The position numbers were made by a program, and so were the translations under genes. A model generated the notes under the pieces. It searched no databases and had not been told where the DNA came from. It saw only the letters and a list, made by a program, of their open reading frames with translations. Source: the human T2T-CHM13v2.0 reference genome, Homo sapiens. Taken from it: 64,000 bases of DNA. The DNA is taken from the NCBI RefSeq assembly GCF_009914755.1, contig NC_060940.1; one strand, 5' to 3'. This document shows, piece after piece, positions 15,301 to 31,330 of this stretch (positions are counted from its first letter, which is position 1; each line of letters begins with the position of its first letter).

Positions 15301-16171
15301 TGACGGTGACCATTTCAGAGATGAGGAGACAAGCAGAGAAGCGAATCAAGTCTACTAGAGGCAGAGCCAGGCCTCATACCCAAGTCTGGCTACCTCATGG
15401 CCCACACTTGCTCCACTGCATTGAATGCCTTCCCTTGGCTCTGGATGGGGTTCTTCTGCTCAAGCTGCTAATGAATTTGTCACTCTGTGCCACTGAAATT
15501 GGAAAGTCATTTGTCCCCATCTACTCTTCTGGCCAGTAATTCTTACTAGGGCCTGCTAGGATTGGGCACCGCAGCAGGTAGATTCCCACCTCTTAGTGCC
15601 TGGTAAGCTCCAGCCAGAGTTTTTCTGGTGGGAGCAAGTAAGGGATACCTTCATCCTAAGCTTCTGGTGCCGCTGCTGATTCTGTGGACACCAAGAGTCA
15701 GCTGAAGGATCTGTTAGGGACACTTCTCTCAAGAGGGCCGCAGGACTGCACAGAGCTCTGATTTGCAGACTGTCCTTTGGAAAACCCCAGTGCACTGGCC
15801 CCCAGGCCAGCAACATGGGTGGAATCCCACTCCTCCCTTACACCTTCCCGTGGGAGCGGCTTACGAGCTTGGTGAAACTAGGGAGACTGCCGTCCACTGG
15901 GCCACGTGAAGGCGAAGCCCTGGCCTTGCAGTGGGGGTCTGTCCCACATGCTCCCACTCTCAGATCACTTCCTCAGGTGTGGTGGCCGTGGTCCCCACAT
16001 CCAGGCTTCATGTGGGGGCAGATCCAGCCATCTCTGCTGTCTGCCCCTTCTCTGCCTAACGGTGGGTAAGTCAAGCAGGCCCTTTACTCCTAGCTGGCTT
16101 CAGTTCACAATCTTGTCTAAACTCTTGTCTAAAGAGTTTGTCTAAACTCTTGACAAGGCCAACCAAATCAC

Positions 16172-16471
16172 TTTTTATTTTCTTATTTTTGAGACAGAGT
16201 CTCACTCTGTCACCCAGGCTGGAGTGCAGTGGCACAATCTCAGCTCACTTAGCCTCCGCCTCCTGGGTTCAAGTGATTCTCCTGCCTCAGCCTCCCAAGT
16301 AGTTGGAACTACAGGCGCACGCCACCTTGCCTGACTAATTTTTGTATTTTTAGTAGAGATGGAATTTCACCATGTTGGTCAGGCTGTTCTCGAACTCCTG
16401 ACCTCAAGTGATCCACCTGCCTCGGCCTCCCAAAGTGCTAGGATTACAGACATGAGTCACGGCGCCTGGCT
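16172..16471 (-). mobile_element. AluS
   Basis: Reverse Alu; TSD caaatcactttt. Confidence 0.9.
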
Positions 16472-18756
16472 CCAAATCACTTTTGTAAAAATCCAAGCTT
16501 TGGTGCTGCTACTTGGTTCCTGCACATGGATAGCAGGCTGAAAAGTGAACTTGGAAATCCAGCCAGAAAGACTCCTTTACCCTTGAATCCCTTCCACGGA
16601 GGCCTGGGCACTGGCATTTGTTTAGAAGTTTCACTGAAACCACAGAAAGCCAGACTTAAAGGCTCAAATGAAAATTCTGGTTCAAATGAAAATTCTGGTT
16701 CTGTCACTTAGCTATGCAACCTCAGACAAGCCATTGAGCTCCTAGGAATTCTGATTTCCTGTAAAATATAGAGAAGGGCTGCTTCACAGGACTTTTTTCC
16801 CCCAGAATGAAAGACACTAGAGTCCACAAAAATAACGCACAAATGCCCCTAACACCCTGGCATATACATAGCAAGCTCTCAGTATACACTGAATGAAAGA
16901 AACCAACACAAGCAATGATGTACATGACTATTACTAAAATAGTAATGGAAGACCAGCTTGCAGTATAAAGCACAGGTGAATGGCTGTCCCTCTGTTTTTC
17001 TGCCTCTCCCCTCTGCAAAGCTCTGATGCTGGGGCCATGTTCTGCCGTTACCACTGTGAGGCTCCCTCTCTCTCCGAACCGCTGCTCCAGCAGGTAAGGG
17101 AGCAAAATGTCAGCCCTTGCCAGTGTCACTAAAGCACAAATGTGTGACTGGTTTCTGTGTTCAACCTGTGACTACAAAAGTGTTGCCAAGATCCTAGCCT
17201 CCCACTGAGCAGAACTTGCATTCCATCCTGTGACGCCTAAGTGGGTTGGGCATGCCAGAAAACCAAGAAAATACCCAAGTCCAGATAATCTGCACTGCCA
17301 TGGAGCTGTTTTTCTGGAGGGGCCTAAGATGACAGCTGAGCCATATACCCACGGCTAGGACAACCGCGCCAAGGAACCGGGTGTGCCTAAGCAATTAACA
17401 TTTAGCCAAAAGGGAAGCATACAGCAAAAGCTGGTGGTTGGAGCTTTGACGACCAGATCTGACCCTTCACCCATGCCAGTGTTCTAGCTGCAACTGAGGA
17501 ATGCCAGTGGAATGGATAAACCTGCATAAATCACCAATAATGGAAGCTCTGGCTATGCCACCCAGAAAAAAGGGAGGGCTGATGGTAACAGCACTGAGGG
17601 TGGCCACCATTTACTAAACACTGTGTGTCTGATACCGCACACCTAGCACCTAATCTAGGTTATCTCTATCTCCCTAGGAAATTGGTAGTGTTATTCCTAT
17701 TTACCAAGGAGGAAAGTGAGGTCCAGAGAGGTCACACTAACCTTGCCCAAGTGACACAGCTAGTCACAGCTGGCTCCTAACTCATAACCACTATGGTGGA
17801 ACTAGGCTGAGTTCCCAGGGAGGAGCAGCAGAAACAGTGGGGAAGGGCTTAGGCAAATGAAGCTCCTCTCTTGGGTGGGAAGGAGGAAGCCAGACAGGAA
17901 GAACTCAGGAGCTAGAGTGAAAGAAATGAGGATGCCTGGCACTAAGTCACCCGACTTAGGGCCTCCTGACTCCCAGTCCAGAATGATTCTGAAAAAAGCT
18001 GAAGCCCCCCTCCGCCCCACCCCTCTGGATTTGGGGAGCCAGCTCTCAGTCTCTTGCATCCTTAGATTCAGGGAAGATATACACAAGTAGGTAGCCAGCC
18101 ACCTTTTTCGGTCTAGTCGTATCAGTTTCCCTGGTTTTTACAGATGGAAAAATAGACGCTTTGAGTATCACACTCATTTTCCACCCAGGTGGGTGACACA
18201 AGCTAGATAATCCTCCCCATATAGAGGTGGCAGTAGGATTCCTATTAGCTTTCTCCCTCACATGGCTGGAGAATTGTAAGAATCCTACCACTCAGAACAA
18301 AGTAAGCGAGCTTAAAGAAACCCATGCCAAACTTTGTTTTTGTCCCGTAATTACCATAAAATCCCAATTATTAAGGCAGGAGTACTACACTTTACAGTTT
18401 AAAGCAGTGTTTCCTTCCAGCCCTGTTTATTCTATTCTCCTTTGGGTTTGAACTTCAAGGTCTACACTAGATACTTTCCAAGGCTGCTTCCTCTGTTGGT
18501 CAGATCAGACGCTGCTTTGTTAGCTGTGGTTGCTACAGAAGCTCTGTTTCAGTTCCAGAGCTCTGTGCTGATGGGGACAATGGAATATGATGCAATGATC
18601 ACCAGTGATTCTCAGTCTCTCCTGAGACACCAGAAGGTAAGTCACAGTCTGAAGAGTCTCACTCAACCTTCTCAACACAATCTAGCTGAGAGACATGGGG
18701 AGAGGTGGAAGCACAATATTCAGTAGAGGAAAAACAAGATCTTGTTCTCTGACAGG

Positions 18757-18762
18757 TTTATT
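18757..18762 (-). terminator. PSME3IP1: PSME3IP1 distal polyadenylation signal AATAAA (3'UTR about 18740-20563)
   Basis: tttatt on +; TTGTTTTT downstream element on -; a second AATAAA at 19829-19834 may be a proximal site. Confidence 0.7.
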
Positions 18763-20563
18763 AGCTTTCATGTTAATGGATGTTTTTAAACCCTGCAACC
18801 CTCTGTCAACTTCTTTCCACATCAAGAGGCCATGAGATACAGTAATGGCCTCTTAAGAGTCATGCCACATAAAGATGATGACTTTGATGTCCTGGCCTGC
18901 CTCCTGTAACAATGTGAGGCTGTTTTGGGTACATGCTGTAATAACAACAGGACTATCACAGGAACAATGAAGCAGAGAAGCAGAAGGTGCCTACAAAGTT
19001 TTACCTAAATGTCTTGTTTGTCAGGATGGAGCTGATGCGCCCATACTGGCAGAACAATTAGCACAGAGTAGTTCTGAAAAGGAGGAAGAATTCACAAAGC
19101 ATCAGTTATGGGTGCAGGGAAGTCGCCATCTGCCAATGGGCACCAGAGTGTCACTGTACTGGAAGGGGAAAAGGAGTGGGCTGGATGAGATCCAGGGGCC
19201 TCTCTGCCCATGTTCAAAGTCAGTAGCTGCTCTGCCTGCCGGCATCACAGTGTCAACACATTTTGTGTGTGTCTCACTCAGTCTCACACCCAAGAAAGTA
19301 AAAACAATTGATGTAGGAATAAGGGGAATGGATAAAGAATGGTACATGCTTATTCTAAAGCAGGAGAGCCTACAGATTGTTGTCAAAGCTCATGTCTATC
19401 TCTGTCCTCGAGGCCTCCACACCATCTCCCTCTCCCTCCTCCAGAATCCAAGGGATGAGCCCGTTTCCCTTTATGAGACGAGGTGGAGCAGTACCTCTAG
19501 TTTTTGGCTGCTCATGGCCTCAGAGTTGCTGTTTGGAAAGGAAAAAGAGCAGCAGAGGCAGCAAAGAAAAGTACTAGGGCAGCACCTTTAGGTTAGAAAT
19601 AGATTCCACAGTTAAAAGCACAAGTATAATATGCATTAAACAGAGAAGGGCCTCAATAGAATGGTCACAATATGCAAGTGTGTCCCACTCATTTACAATA
19701 TTAGGATTCCAGGAGCTGCCAGAAATAAGTCATCTCATTAACATACCTACCTGCAGTTCTGATGTCTGGCTATTAGTAAACAAGGCCTACGTTTGTTTCT
19801 CTAAAATTTAGAATCTTAAACTAAATCCTTTATTTCAAAAACAAACATAAAATAATTTCCCAGGCAGAGAAAAGGTTTGAGATGGAAGCGTTCTTGTTAG
19901 CAGTCCCTTCCTGCATAAATGGGGTTGGAGAGAGAGGAGAGAGGGAATGGCCAAGGGTATGGAAAGCTTTCACAATGCATGCCGAGTGTGAAGTGACACC
20001 CCCAGCAGATGGGGTTTATCATCTTTACTTAGTCACACAACATCAAGGACTGGTTAGTTCCAGGGAAGGGCTCCATTTCATTACCTGGGTCAGTTCTCTT
20101 CCCCCGCATGCTCCACAATGCAGTAGAACCAAACAACACATTCATTTACAATAGAATGTTTAAATAACACCTGTCCAATAACTGCCCTTACTTCTTTGTG
20201 CTGTCGGGAAAAGAAAAAACAGAAAGCAATAAAACCCAAACCCTTTGGCAAGCCAGCCGGTGCCTATTCTCCTGGGGCATTTTTAGTGGAACTTCGGCTG
20301 GGCCTTGCCCTCCTCCCAATATCAGTGAGGAAAGTGGCAGCGGGACAGGTTTGGTCATCTGCAGTGGAGTAGAAAGAGGAACCAAACACGATTCGGGCCA
20401 CAGGTGGATTCTGGCACATTTTTAGATTGGATTGGTTAAAAATGTCATGTTGTACACAGGATGCAGGCAAAGGAGTTTTTTTTTGAGGGACATAATGCCT
20501 ATAGGCAGCATGAACGGTCCGATCTACCCTTGGGGAGGAGCTCCCTGTGTAGGGACGGAGAAA

Positions 20564-20781
20564 CTAGGGGGCCTCGAGGAAGGTGTTGGTTCGGAAGATG
20601 GAGGAGACAATCTTTCCGGTGGCATTGATGGTGCCTTCGCTGTCTGAGCTGGACTCGGAGTCGCTGCTCCCAGAGTAGGCACCCAGGCCTGGGAGGATGC
20701 CGATACATACTGCAGCAGAGGGGCAGTGGATGGAGGGGCCACTCAGGGAGGTGTTTCCGAGAGACTTGCAGGATGAGGGCT
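20564..20781 (-). CDS. PSME3IP1: PSME3IP1 last coding exon ([11 protein letters not shown]...[19 protein letters not shown]...FLEAP*)
   Basis: ttttattgcag| acceptor; TAG at 20566-20564; acidic Ser-rich C-terminal motif (CK2-phosphorylated PA28gamma-binding region of PIP30). Confidence 0.96.
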
Positions 20782-21523
20782 CTGCAATAAAAGGGGAAAG
20801 ACTGTCACTTCATCACCCTTTTCCAAAGTTGGGGACTGACTTACCATGTGCCAGGCACTGTACCAAGGGATTTTCCCACAGAGGAGCCTTAGAACAATGC
20901 TATGCAGCCAATACTATCATCACCCTCGTTTTAGAGATGGGGAAACTGAAGGAGGAAGGGAGGCTCCAGGAGGTGAAAGGACTTCTGAAAGTAAAGGGGC
21001 AGAGCTGAGACTTGAATCAAGGTCTTTTTAACCCCAGAGCCTGACTACACTCTCTTGTTCCCCATCAAATCCGAGTTGGAGAACAAGCTACTCTGGAGTG
21101 TAGCCTAGAGTGCTTTGATTTCCCTGTGCTCACACAGCCGTGAGAATCTGAAAACAGATTAAGAGAGACACTGTGAGCAATATTAACAATTCCATTAAGT
21201 TCTCAGCGTATTACACCATTTCTTATTTACTGACCAATAAGCCAGCTAGCACAGATACAATTTTAAGGCCAAACATCAGCTACAAAATAACATTCTTTTC
21301 TTTTTAAACATTTTAAAAAATCGGGTAGCCCCCTGGACTAGAATAGGCTCAGAAGGACTCACCAGAATAACGTTCTTTATTAAGAAGGGCCGCTTTTCCC
21401 AAGTGGGAGAGAGGAGCAATTCAGAAACCAATTTAACACAACCTTTGCTTTCCAGTTGTGTTCTTTTACAAATGAGAAAACTGAAGCCTGTCAGGTAACA
21501 TTTTAAGGCCATGCAGAATGTCA

Positions 21524-22307
<784 letters not shown>

Positions 22308-23256
22308 AATGCAGGACTTGAAGATGAAAGGAAAAGTTAAGAACTCTACTCCAGCCCTTCCATTCTTCCCTGAAATGTTTCCGGCCTTATTTAATCACTA
22401 CAACTTGATGTATAGGCATTATCCCCATTTTACTGATGAGGAAAGTCAAATGACTTGGCAAGGTTGTAGGTTGCTTAGGGCAGAAAATGTGAAACTAAAC
22501 GTGAATCAAAAGAGAACATATGAAAATGATAACCTGAGCTCACTGCAGAGTAAGGGTTGGAGTTCATACTTTGTTGCCACAGGCTGACAAGCATACTACC
22601 TTCTAGGGTTTTGCCTTAGATGCACTAACACCTCATTTACCCAGACACCTCAAGTAAATGTGAAAAGAATACACAGTTCCAAGTATAGGAAACCAGGAGT
22701 AAGCAAACAATACCACTGAGCAGTTAGAAGAGATATCAAACGGCCCGCACACAAAGTTCAGGAGATCAATGTATTTGCTTGTTTGTGCAAGAAGCTCTAA
22801 GAAGGGAAAAGGAAGTTGCCAAAGATAAGCAATGTTAAAACACGGAGATGGAGAAAAGTCAAATGAAAGCCGACAGTGGCTACAGAGATAGAGCAAGGCT
22901 ACAAAAAAAAGGCAGGAGCAAATACTTGTACTATCATAAAAGCAAATTTCCTTAAGATACTAAGAGTTCTTCCAAATCTGTTAAAAAAACAACCAACAAC
23001 CAAATAGAAAAGTGAATGGAAAACATGAACAACTCAAAGAAAAAGAAACAGATGAATTTTAAACATAACGGGATAAACAATATATTAGGAGGGAACATGT
23101 TAGGAACAGCAAACTTCATTTGCTGTTCAGGGAGTACAGAGAAATTTGGCAAAGTTCTTCGAACTTAAATGATGTTCATAAGAGAACATTCATTGCAGCA
23201 CTGTTTATAGTAGCAAAAGAGTACTGACAACCAAAATGTCCATTAATAGATGACTA

Positions 23257-23627
<371 letters not shown>

Positions 23628-24536
23628 GCATCTCTGTGTGTACTGTTATTGAATGATCCCCAAGATATTGTGCTAAATGAAAAAGGCAAGGAGCAGGACA
23701 GTGTGTGAAAGTTACAATCTGGGGCAAAGTGGCCATGCCCATGTAGATGCATGTCAGTGTCTGAGAACAATAAATAAAAACTGGTAGCAGAGGCTGCTCA
23801 GGGGAAAGGAAATGAGTGGCTGGAAAATGGGGGAGACTTACTTTTTACTCCACATTCTTTTGTCCCTTTTGAATTTTTCCTTTTCTTTTTTTTCTTCTTT
23901 TTTTTTAAGAACATAAGGCTCACTATGCTGCCCAGGTTAAACTCCTGGGCTCAAGTGATGTTCCCGCCTCAGCCTCCCAGAGGGCTGGGATTACAGGCAT
24001 GAGCCACCTAGCCTGGCCTAAATGTTTTATTATGTGCATATATTACCAATTCAGACAGTTTTTTAAAATGCAGCTGTGCTTGGGTAGACAATTTTTTAAA
24101 AAAGCAAATACAAAAATTCAAAGAACATCCTGAGCCCTTAAACTAGGGAGGAATAGTCCCATTTATCTCTGTAACCCCAAGAGCATCCCAGTATTAAAGC
24201 TAAGAAGGCTGTAGAAGATGAGAGGGGTTGCTTGTGTGTATTCTCCACTAACGGTAAGCCCCTTGAAGGCAAGCATTCTTTTATCACCATTCCACCCCCA
24301 GGACATATAGCACAGGGCCTGGCTCAGAGCAGGCTTGCATTCACAAGGGTCAGAAATCAGAATGCAGGAAAATGTGTCAGACAGTTTACAGTTTCATTGC
24401 AAATGGCTAATTTGGGGGGAAGGGGTATAAAAATGTGATGCTCTTTTAACATTTGGAACATAACATCAAACTATACCATTCATGACTTAAAAATACATTG
24501 TAGTACTTATGTATACCAGATAGAATGATATTTTCA

Positions 24537-24893
<357 letters not shown>

Positions 24894-24973
24894 TTAAAAG
24901 GATATATAGATCAGTTACCTAGAAAACTAATTTATGTGAAATTGTTGAATGAGGTATTTCATTTTATCAAGTA

Positions 24974-25316
24974 CAGACACCCCTGCTTAATGATGGGAAT
25001 ATGACCTAAGAAATGCATCATTAGACAATTCCATTGTTGTGAACATCATAGAATACTTATACAACCTAGATGGTATAGCCTACTACACATGTAGGCCACA
25101 TGGTATATAGCCTATTGCTCCTAGGCTACAAACCTGTACAGCATGTTACTGTATGAATACTGTAGGCAGCTGTAATACAATGGTCAGTATTTGTGTATCT
25201 AAACATAGCTAAGCATAGAAAAAGGCATAGTAAAAATACGATATTATGATCTTATGGGACCACCATCATATATGCACCCATCATTGACCAAAATGGCGTT
25301 ATGTGGCACATGACCA
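24974..25316 (+). mobile_element. Tigger3a/MER7A-like TcMar-Tigger MITE
   Basis: TA flanks; internal ACCTAGATGGTATAGCCTACTACAC...CTAGGCTACAAACCTGTACAGCATGTTACTG typical of Tigger3a. Confidence 0.8.
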
Positions 25317-26317
25317 TATTTCAAGGGCGAATGGAATTTAAAGTTCTATTTTACATAGAAAAGAAGGATGAAAGTCAGAGTGCCTGTGGGGGTAGAGAAC
25401 TGGCCTAACGGAAGAATGGAAGTTAGCTACAGAAATATAATCAAGGAATCTGGACCACTGTGGTATCAGAAGAGTTTAAGTGAAGAGACCAAATACCCCA
25501 ATTATCTAGGAGGTTTCAAGAAAGAAAAGAGATTGCAAATCTGACAAATTTCATTCCAAAAGCAGTTAACTGTCCAAAGAGAACAAAATGGTGCCCTCTG
25601 ATCTCACCCATTTGGTGAAGTTTCCTGCCAACTTCTGCATTTGCAGGACCACATTGTCATACCAAATTAACACAGAAAATTACTAATAGAGAATGTTCTT
25701 AGTATTCAGACAGATGCGTGACTTGGGAGTAGATGGGGCCAACTTGTGCATTCACTGGCTCTGCTCAGTGCTTAAGTTCAAAATCTTCGCTGGGGGAAGC
25801 CTGAATTTTTATCAGAGTCATAGGGGCCCAAGACGGAAATCCTCCCACTGCTAAGGACAGGGCTGAAGCAAGCTTCAGGGAGCGTTCTTCTTGTGGAGCC
25901 TTAATTCCTAGCAAAGGAGGACACTTCCTGCCTGGTTTCTGTTGCAAGAATGCAGGAGTAGGAAGAAGGGATTTAGAATGACAAAAAGATGGCTCTGAAA
26001 CACAGCTGTCTGCCTGAGATAGTTCAAAGAATCCACACAAGTTTTCCTTTCCACTGATTCATTTGTATAGTTCCTACCAGGAAATAAGTACCATATAAAG
26101 AGCGACTAGCTTACTTGTAGAAATACATTTAAGATTCCTATGCCAAGAGCATTTAACCCCAGCTACTCAGGAGGCTCACGTGGGGGATTACCTGAGCCTG
26201 GGAGTTTGTGGTTGTAGTGTGCCATGACTGCACCTGTGAATAGTCACTGCACTACAGCCTAAGCAACAAAGTGAGATCCTATCTCTAAAAAAAAATTAAT
26301 TAAAAGAAAAATATTCC

Positions 26318-26580
<263 letters not shown>

Positions 26581-26689
26581 AAAAGAAAAATATTCCTATG
26601 AAGCTTTATGTGTGTGTGTGTATACACATATACAGTATACATTTATCCTATTTAAGCAAATTTCCTATTTATTAAAAAGATGTCAGTGA

Positions 26690-27730
26690 AAAATTCCAAA
26701 ATTGCTGATGGGAGTATAAATTGGGATAACTTATTTGAAGGGCAATTTGGCAATATTTACCTAAATTACAAATGTATATCCTCTCTGACCTATCAAGTCT
26801 ACTTCAAAGTATTTAACCTGATAGATCTGTGCATGTGAAAAATTATGCATGTGCAGGATTATTACTGAAACATCAGAACAGGGAAAGAATGAAACAATCT
26901 AAGTGTTCATCAATTAAAAAGTAGGATAAATGATATACCCATGCAATATACAATACTACACAGCCTTAAAAAGGAACGAGGAAGTGCTCTATGTCCAATT
27001 ATGCAATGATTCCCAAGGTACAATAACTGCTGAATTAAGCAATGAACAGAGTAGGTTAGATTAAAATACTACTAACAATGAAAGTATGAAAACAGTATAT
27101 AATGTATTCTTGCCGAAAAAACCAACTTGATCAACCTTCCAGATCAAATTACCATTTTACAGGAAACACAAGGTAGCAGGAAACAGCATGGGGATGCAAT
27201 CAGTAAAATCTAGAGCCAGAGAAATGCTAAAGAACAAAGACCCAGTTTCTCCACAAATAAAATACAAAGAAAACAAAATATAAATTTAGAAAGGAAGAAC
27301 TTACAGATTAAATTCAAATTAAAAGGTATATTAGCCTACTGCTAAGATGGCAACATTGCCAAATTAATCTACAGATTCCAACAATTCCTGTATCAAAATC
27401 GTAACTGCCTTTTCTGCAAAAACTGACAAGCTGATCCCAAAATTCATATGGAAATTCGAGACTCCAAATAGCCAAAACAATCTTGAAAAAGAGGAGCCAA
27501 GTTGGAAGACTCACACTTCCCAATTTTAAAACTTACTCCAAAGCTATAGTGATCAAGACTGTGTGCTAATGGCATACAGATAGACATATATAGCTCAGTG
27601 GAAGAAGAGAGTCCAGAAATAAACCCACACATTTATGGTCAACTGATTTTTAAAAAATATAAACCACTGAGTCGTATCCTTTTAAAGGGTGAATTTTATG
27701 GTATGTGAATTATACCTCAATACTTTTTTA
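26690..27730 (+). mobile_element. Old L1 (L1M) fragments, including a degenerate ORF2 3' segment (about 27340-27650)
   Basis: A-rich; AAAATTCATATGGAA...ATAGCCAAAACAATCTTGAAAAAG...CCAGAAATAAACCCACACATTTATGGTCAACTGATTTT matches L1 ORF2. Confidence 0.75.
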
Positions 27731-27782
27731 AAAAAAAGCCATAGTAGCCAAATATAATGTCTGGTCCTTGCTAAGATCATAA

Positions 27783-28473
<691 letters not shown>

Positions 28474-28654
28474 TGTGATTATTAATATAATGGTACTGTA
28501 ATTGTTAAAACAAAGAAACAAAATAAGAACTTGTATTTGCTAGAGACATATATTAAGAATTATGAATGAAATGATATAATGTCTGGAATTGTCACAAAAT
28601 ATTACAGTTGAGAGATATAAATGAAATAAAATTGGCTATGTGTTAAAAACTGCT

Positions 28655-29474
<820 letters not shown>

Positions 29475-30076
29475 CTAAGGAGAACTAGATGGAAGAGATA
29501 CGGGTAAAAGGCAGGCTCCTTTTTTTTTCCCCCAGACTCTTCTTTTTAAAAGTAGGTTCTAGACCAAAAGGGTAACAGCAACAGACCACCACCACTGGTG
29601 CTTAGTAGATGCATATTAAAAAGCATCATCTTTTTTTGAGAGAAATTAATGTAAGCCCTGTTGATCGATGGAATTTAGTTCAGAGTCTCAATCCCACATG
29701 GAGTTAGAATAAAACTGAAAACACACTCGAATTTCTCATCCCTAATCCAGCCCCAGTAACATTCACCTTCACTTACAAGTTCTTGCCTCTTAATACAGAG
29801 GCAGATTTCATCACATAAAAGTAAAAACCAAAGAAGTATACTCCTTGAGATTGTATTAAGCTTCTAGGCTCAATCCAGTACAACAATGAGCAGGAGCCAG
29901 GTATTTACCTCCCACTGGTAGCAAACCAGGTGAAATCAAGAAACCTGACATTTGGGGGAAACAGAAAAACACCTTTTGTGAGCAGAGGTGGTATGACCAG
30001 GGCCTGGTAAGCACTCCTGGGAGAGTACTATTTTCATTGATCAGTTTCACTGGTTTCTAATATAATAACTTTTGCA

Positions 30077-30137
30077 GGTATAAAATCCTGCCTGGTATAA
30101 ACTCTTGCCTGGTAATAAAATCCTGCCTGGCATAAAA
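30077..30137. repeat. About 3.5 x 17-bp minisatellite (ggtataaaatcctgcct)
   Basis: Direct inspection. Confidence 0.85.
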
Positions 30138-30273
30138 AAGTTGGGTAAATTAAGCATAGGTAGGCTTGCTTGAAGACAGAAATGCATTCATTTGCAGAAG
30201 CAATGCATTACAGCCCTTTACTGTGGTTCATGTGTATTCTGAGTACAAGGAAGTAATGAAGGCTGCCACCCAC

Positions 30274-30338
30274 CTTGATTCTTGTCATCTGGCTCAGGGT
30301 CCGGTTTCAGTCTTTTCACACTGTTGCCACTCTCTGAG
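30274..30338 (-). CDS. PSME3IP1: PSME3IP1 coding exon 6 (SSESGNSVKRLKPDPEPDDKNQE)
   Basis: ttacag| and |gtgggt; 65 nt, phase 2 to phase 1, fits both neighbours. Confidence 0.95.
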
Positions 30339-30925
30339 CTGTAACAAAACACATGGTGACTTGAGCCATGTCCAATCTTGTGGATCAAAGCTTAGGGAAT
30401 CAGGAGCTCCAATAACTATTTATATGGGTCTTAGGCAGTCTCAAGAGGCTGGGATGATAAAAATGAATGAAAAGTATTCATTTCAGATTCTTAATCTCCT
30501 TCCAATTGCATCATCAGTCATAAAGACAATTTAAACTCCTGACAAATCCAGGAAATAAAGCACTGTATCAACCATCACTTCAACTTCAGATTCTTGGCCG
30601 TCTTTATCACTCAAATTGGTTAGAACCACAGATGGATTTCAAGAATATTTAGACATGTTCATAAATGACAAACATTTAGTAATTACAGATTGAAGAAAAC
30701 ATCTTTAGTGACATGCTAGAGATTCTGAGAGTCACCCACAAGATTTTCACTAAAACAATGTATAAGGAATGTATTTCAATGAAGAAAGAAATGATCCCAG
30801 AAGGAAGGGACCCCAGAAGGAAGGGGTGGTGAACAAATAAACTGGCAAATACAAATATAAATCTAAACAAATACTGTATCAAAAAATAATGTCTAGTTTG
30901 TGGTGTTCAACAGACCATACTGAAG

Positions 30926-31021
30926 TCACCTCTAAGACTGGGGACATTACTGTGTGTATGTACTAGTTGGTATTTTCTTGCAGGGAGTACACAGCAGGTT
31001 CCATTTAAGACTTATGTGGGA
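30926..31021 (+). repeat. Non-Alu inverted-duplication arm A (partner at 36647-36743)
   Basis: Reverse complement of 36647-36743, roughly 85% identical by eye. Confidence 0.9.

Positions 31022-31330
<309 letters not shown>

Noticed and set aside
19112-19591. 159-aa plus-strand ORF
   Set aside because: Antisense to the PSME3IP1 3'UTR, GTG start, no homology recognised
30077-30137. Short repeats resembling a repeat-spacer array
   Set aside because: Simple 17-bp tandem minisatellite with no spacers; eukaryotic intron, not CRISPR
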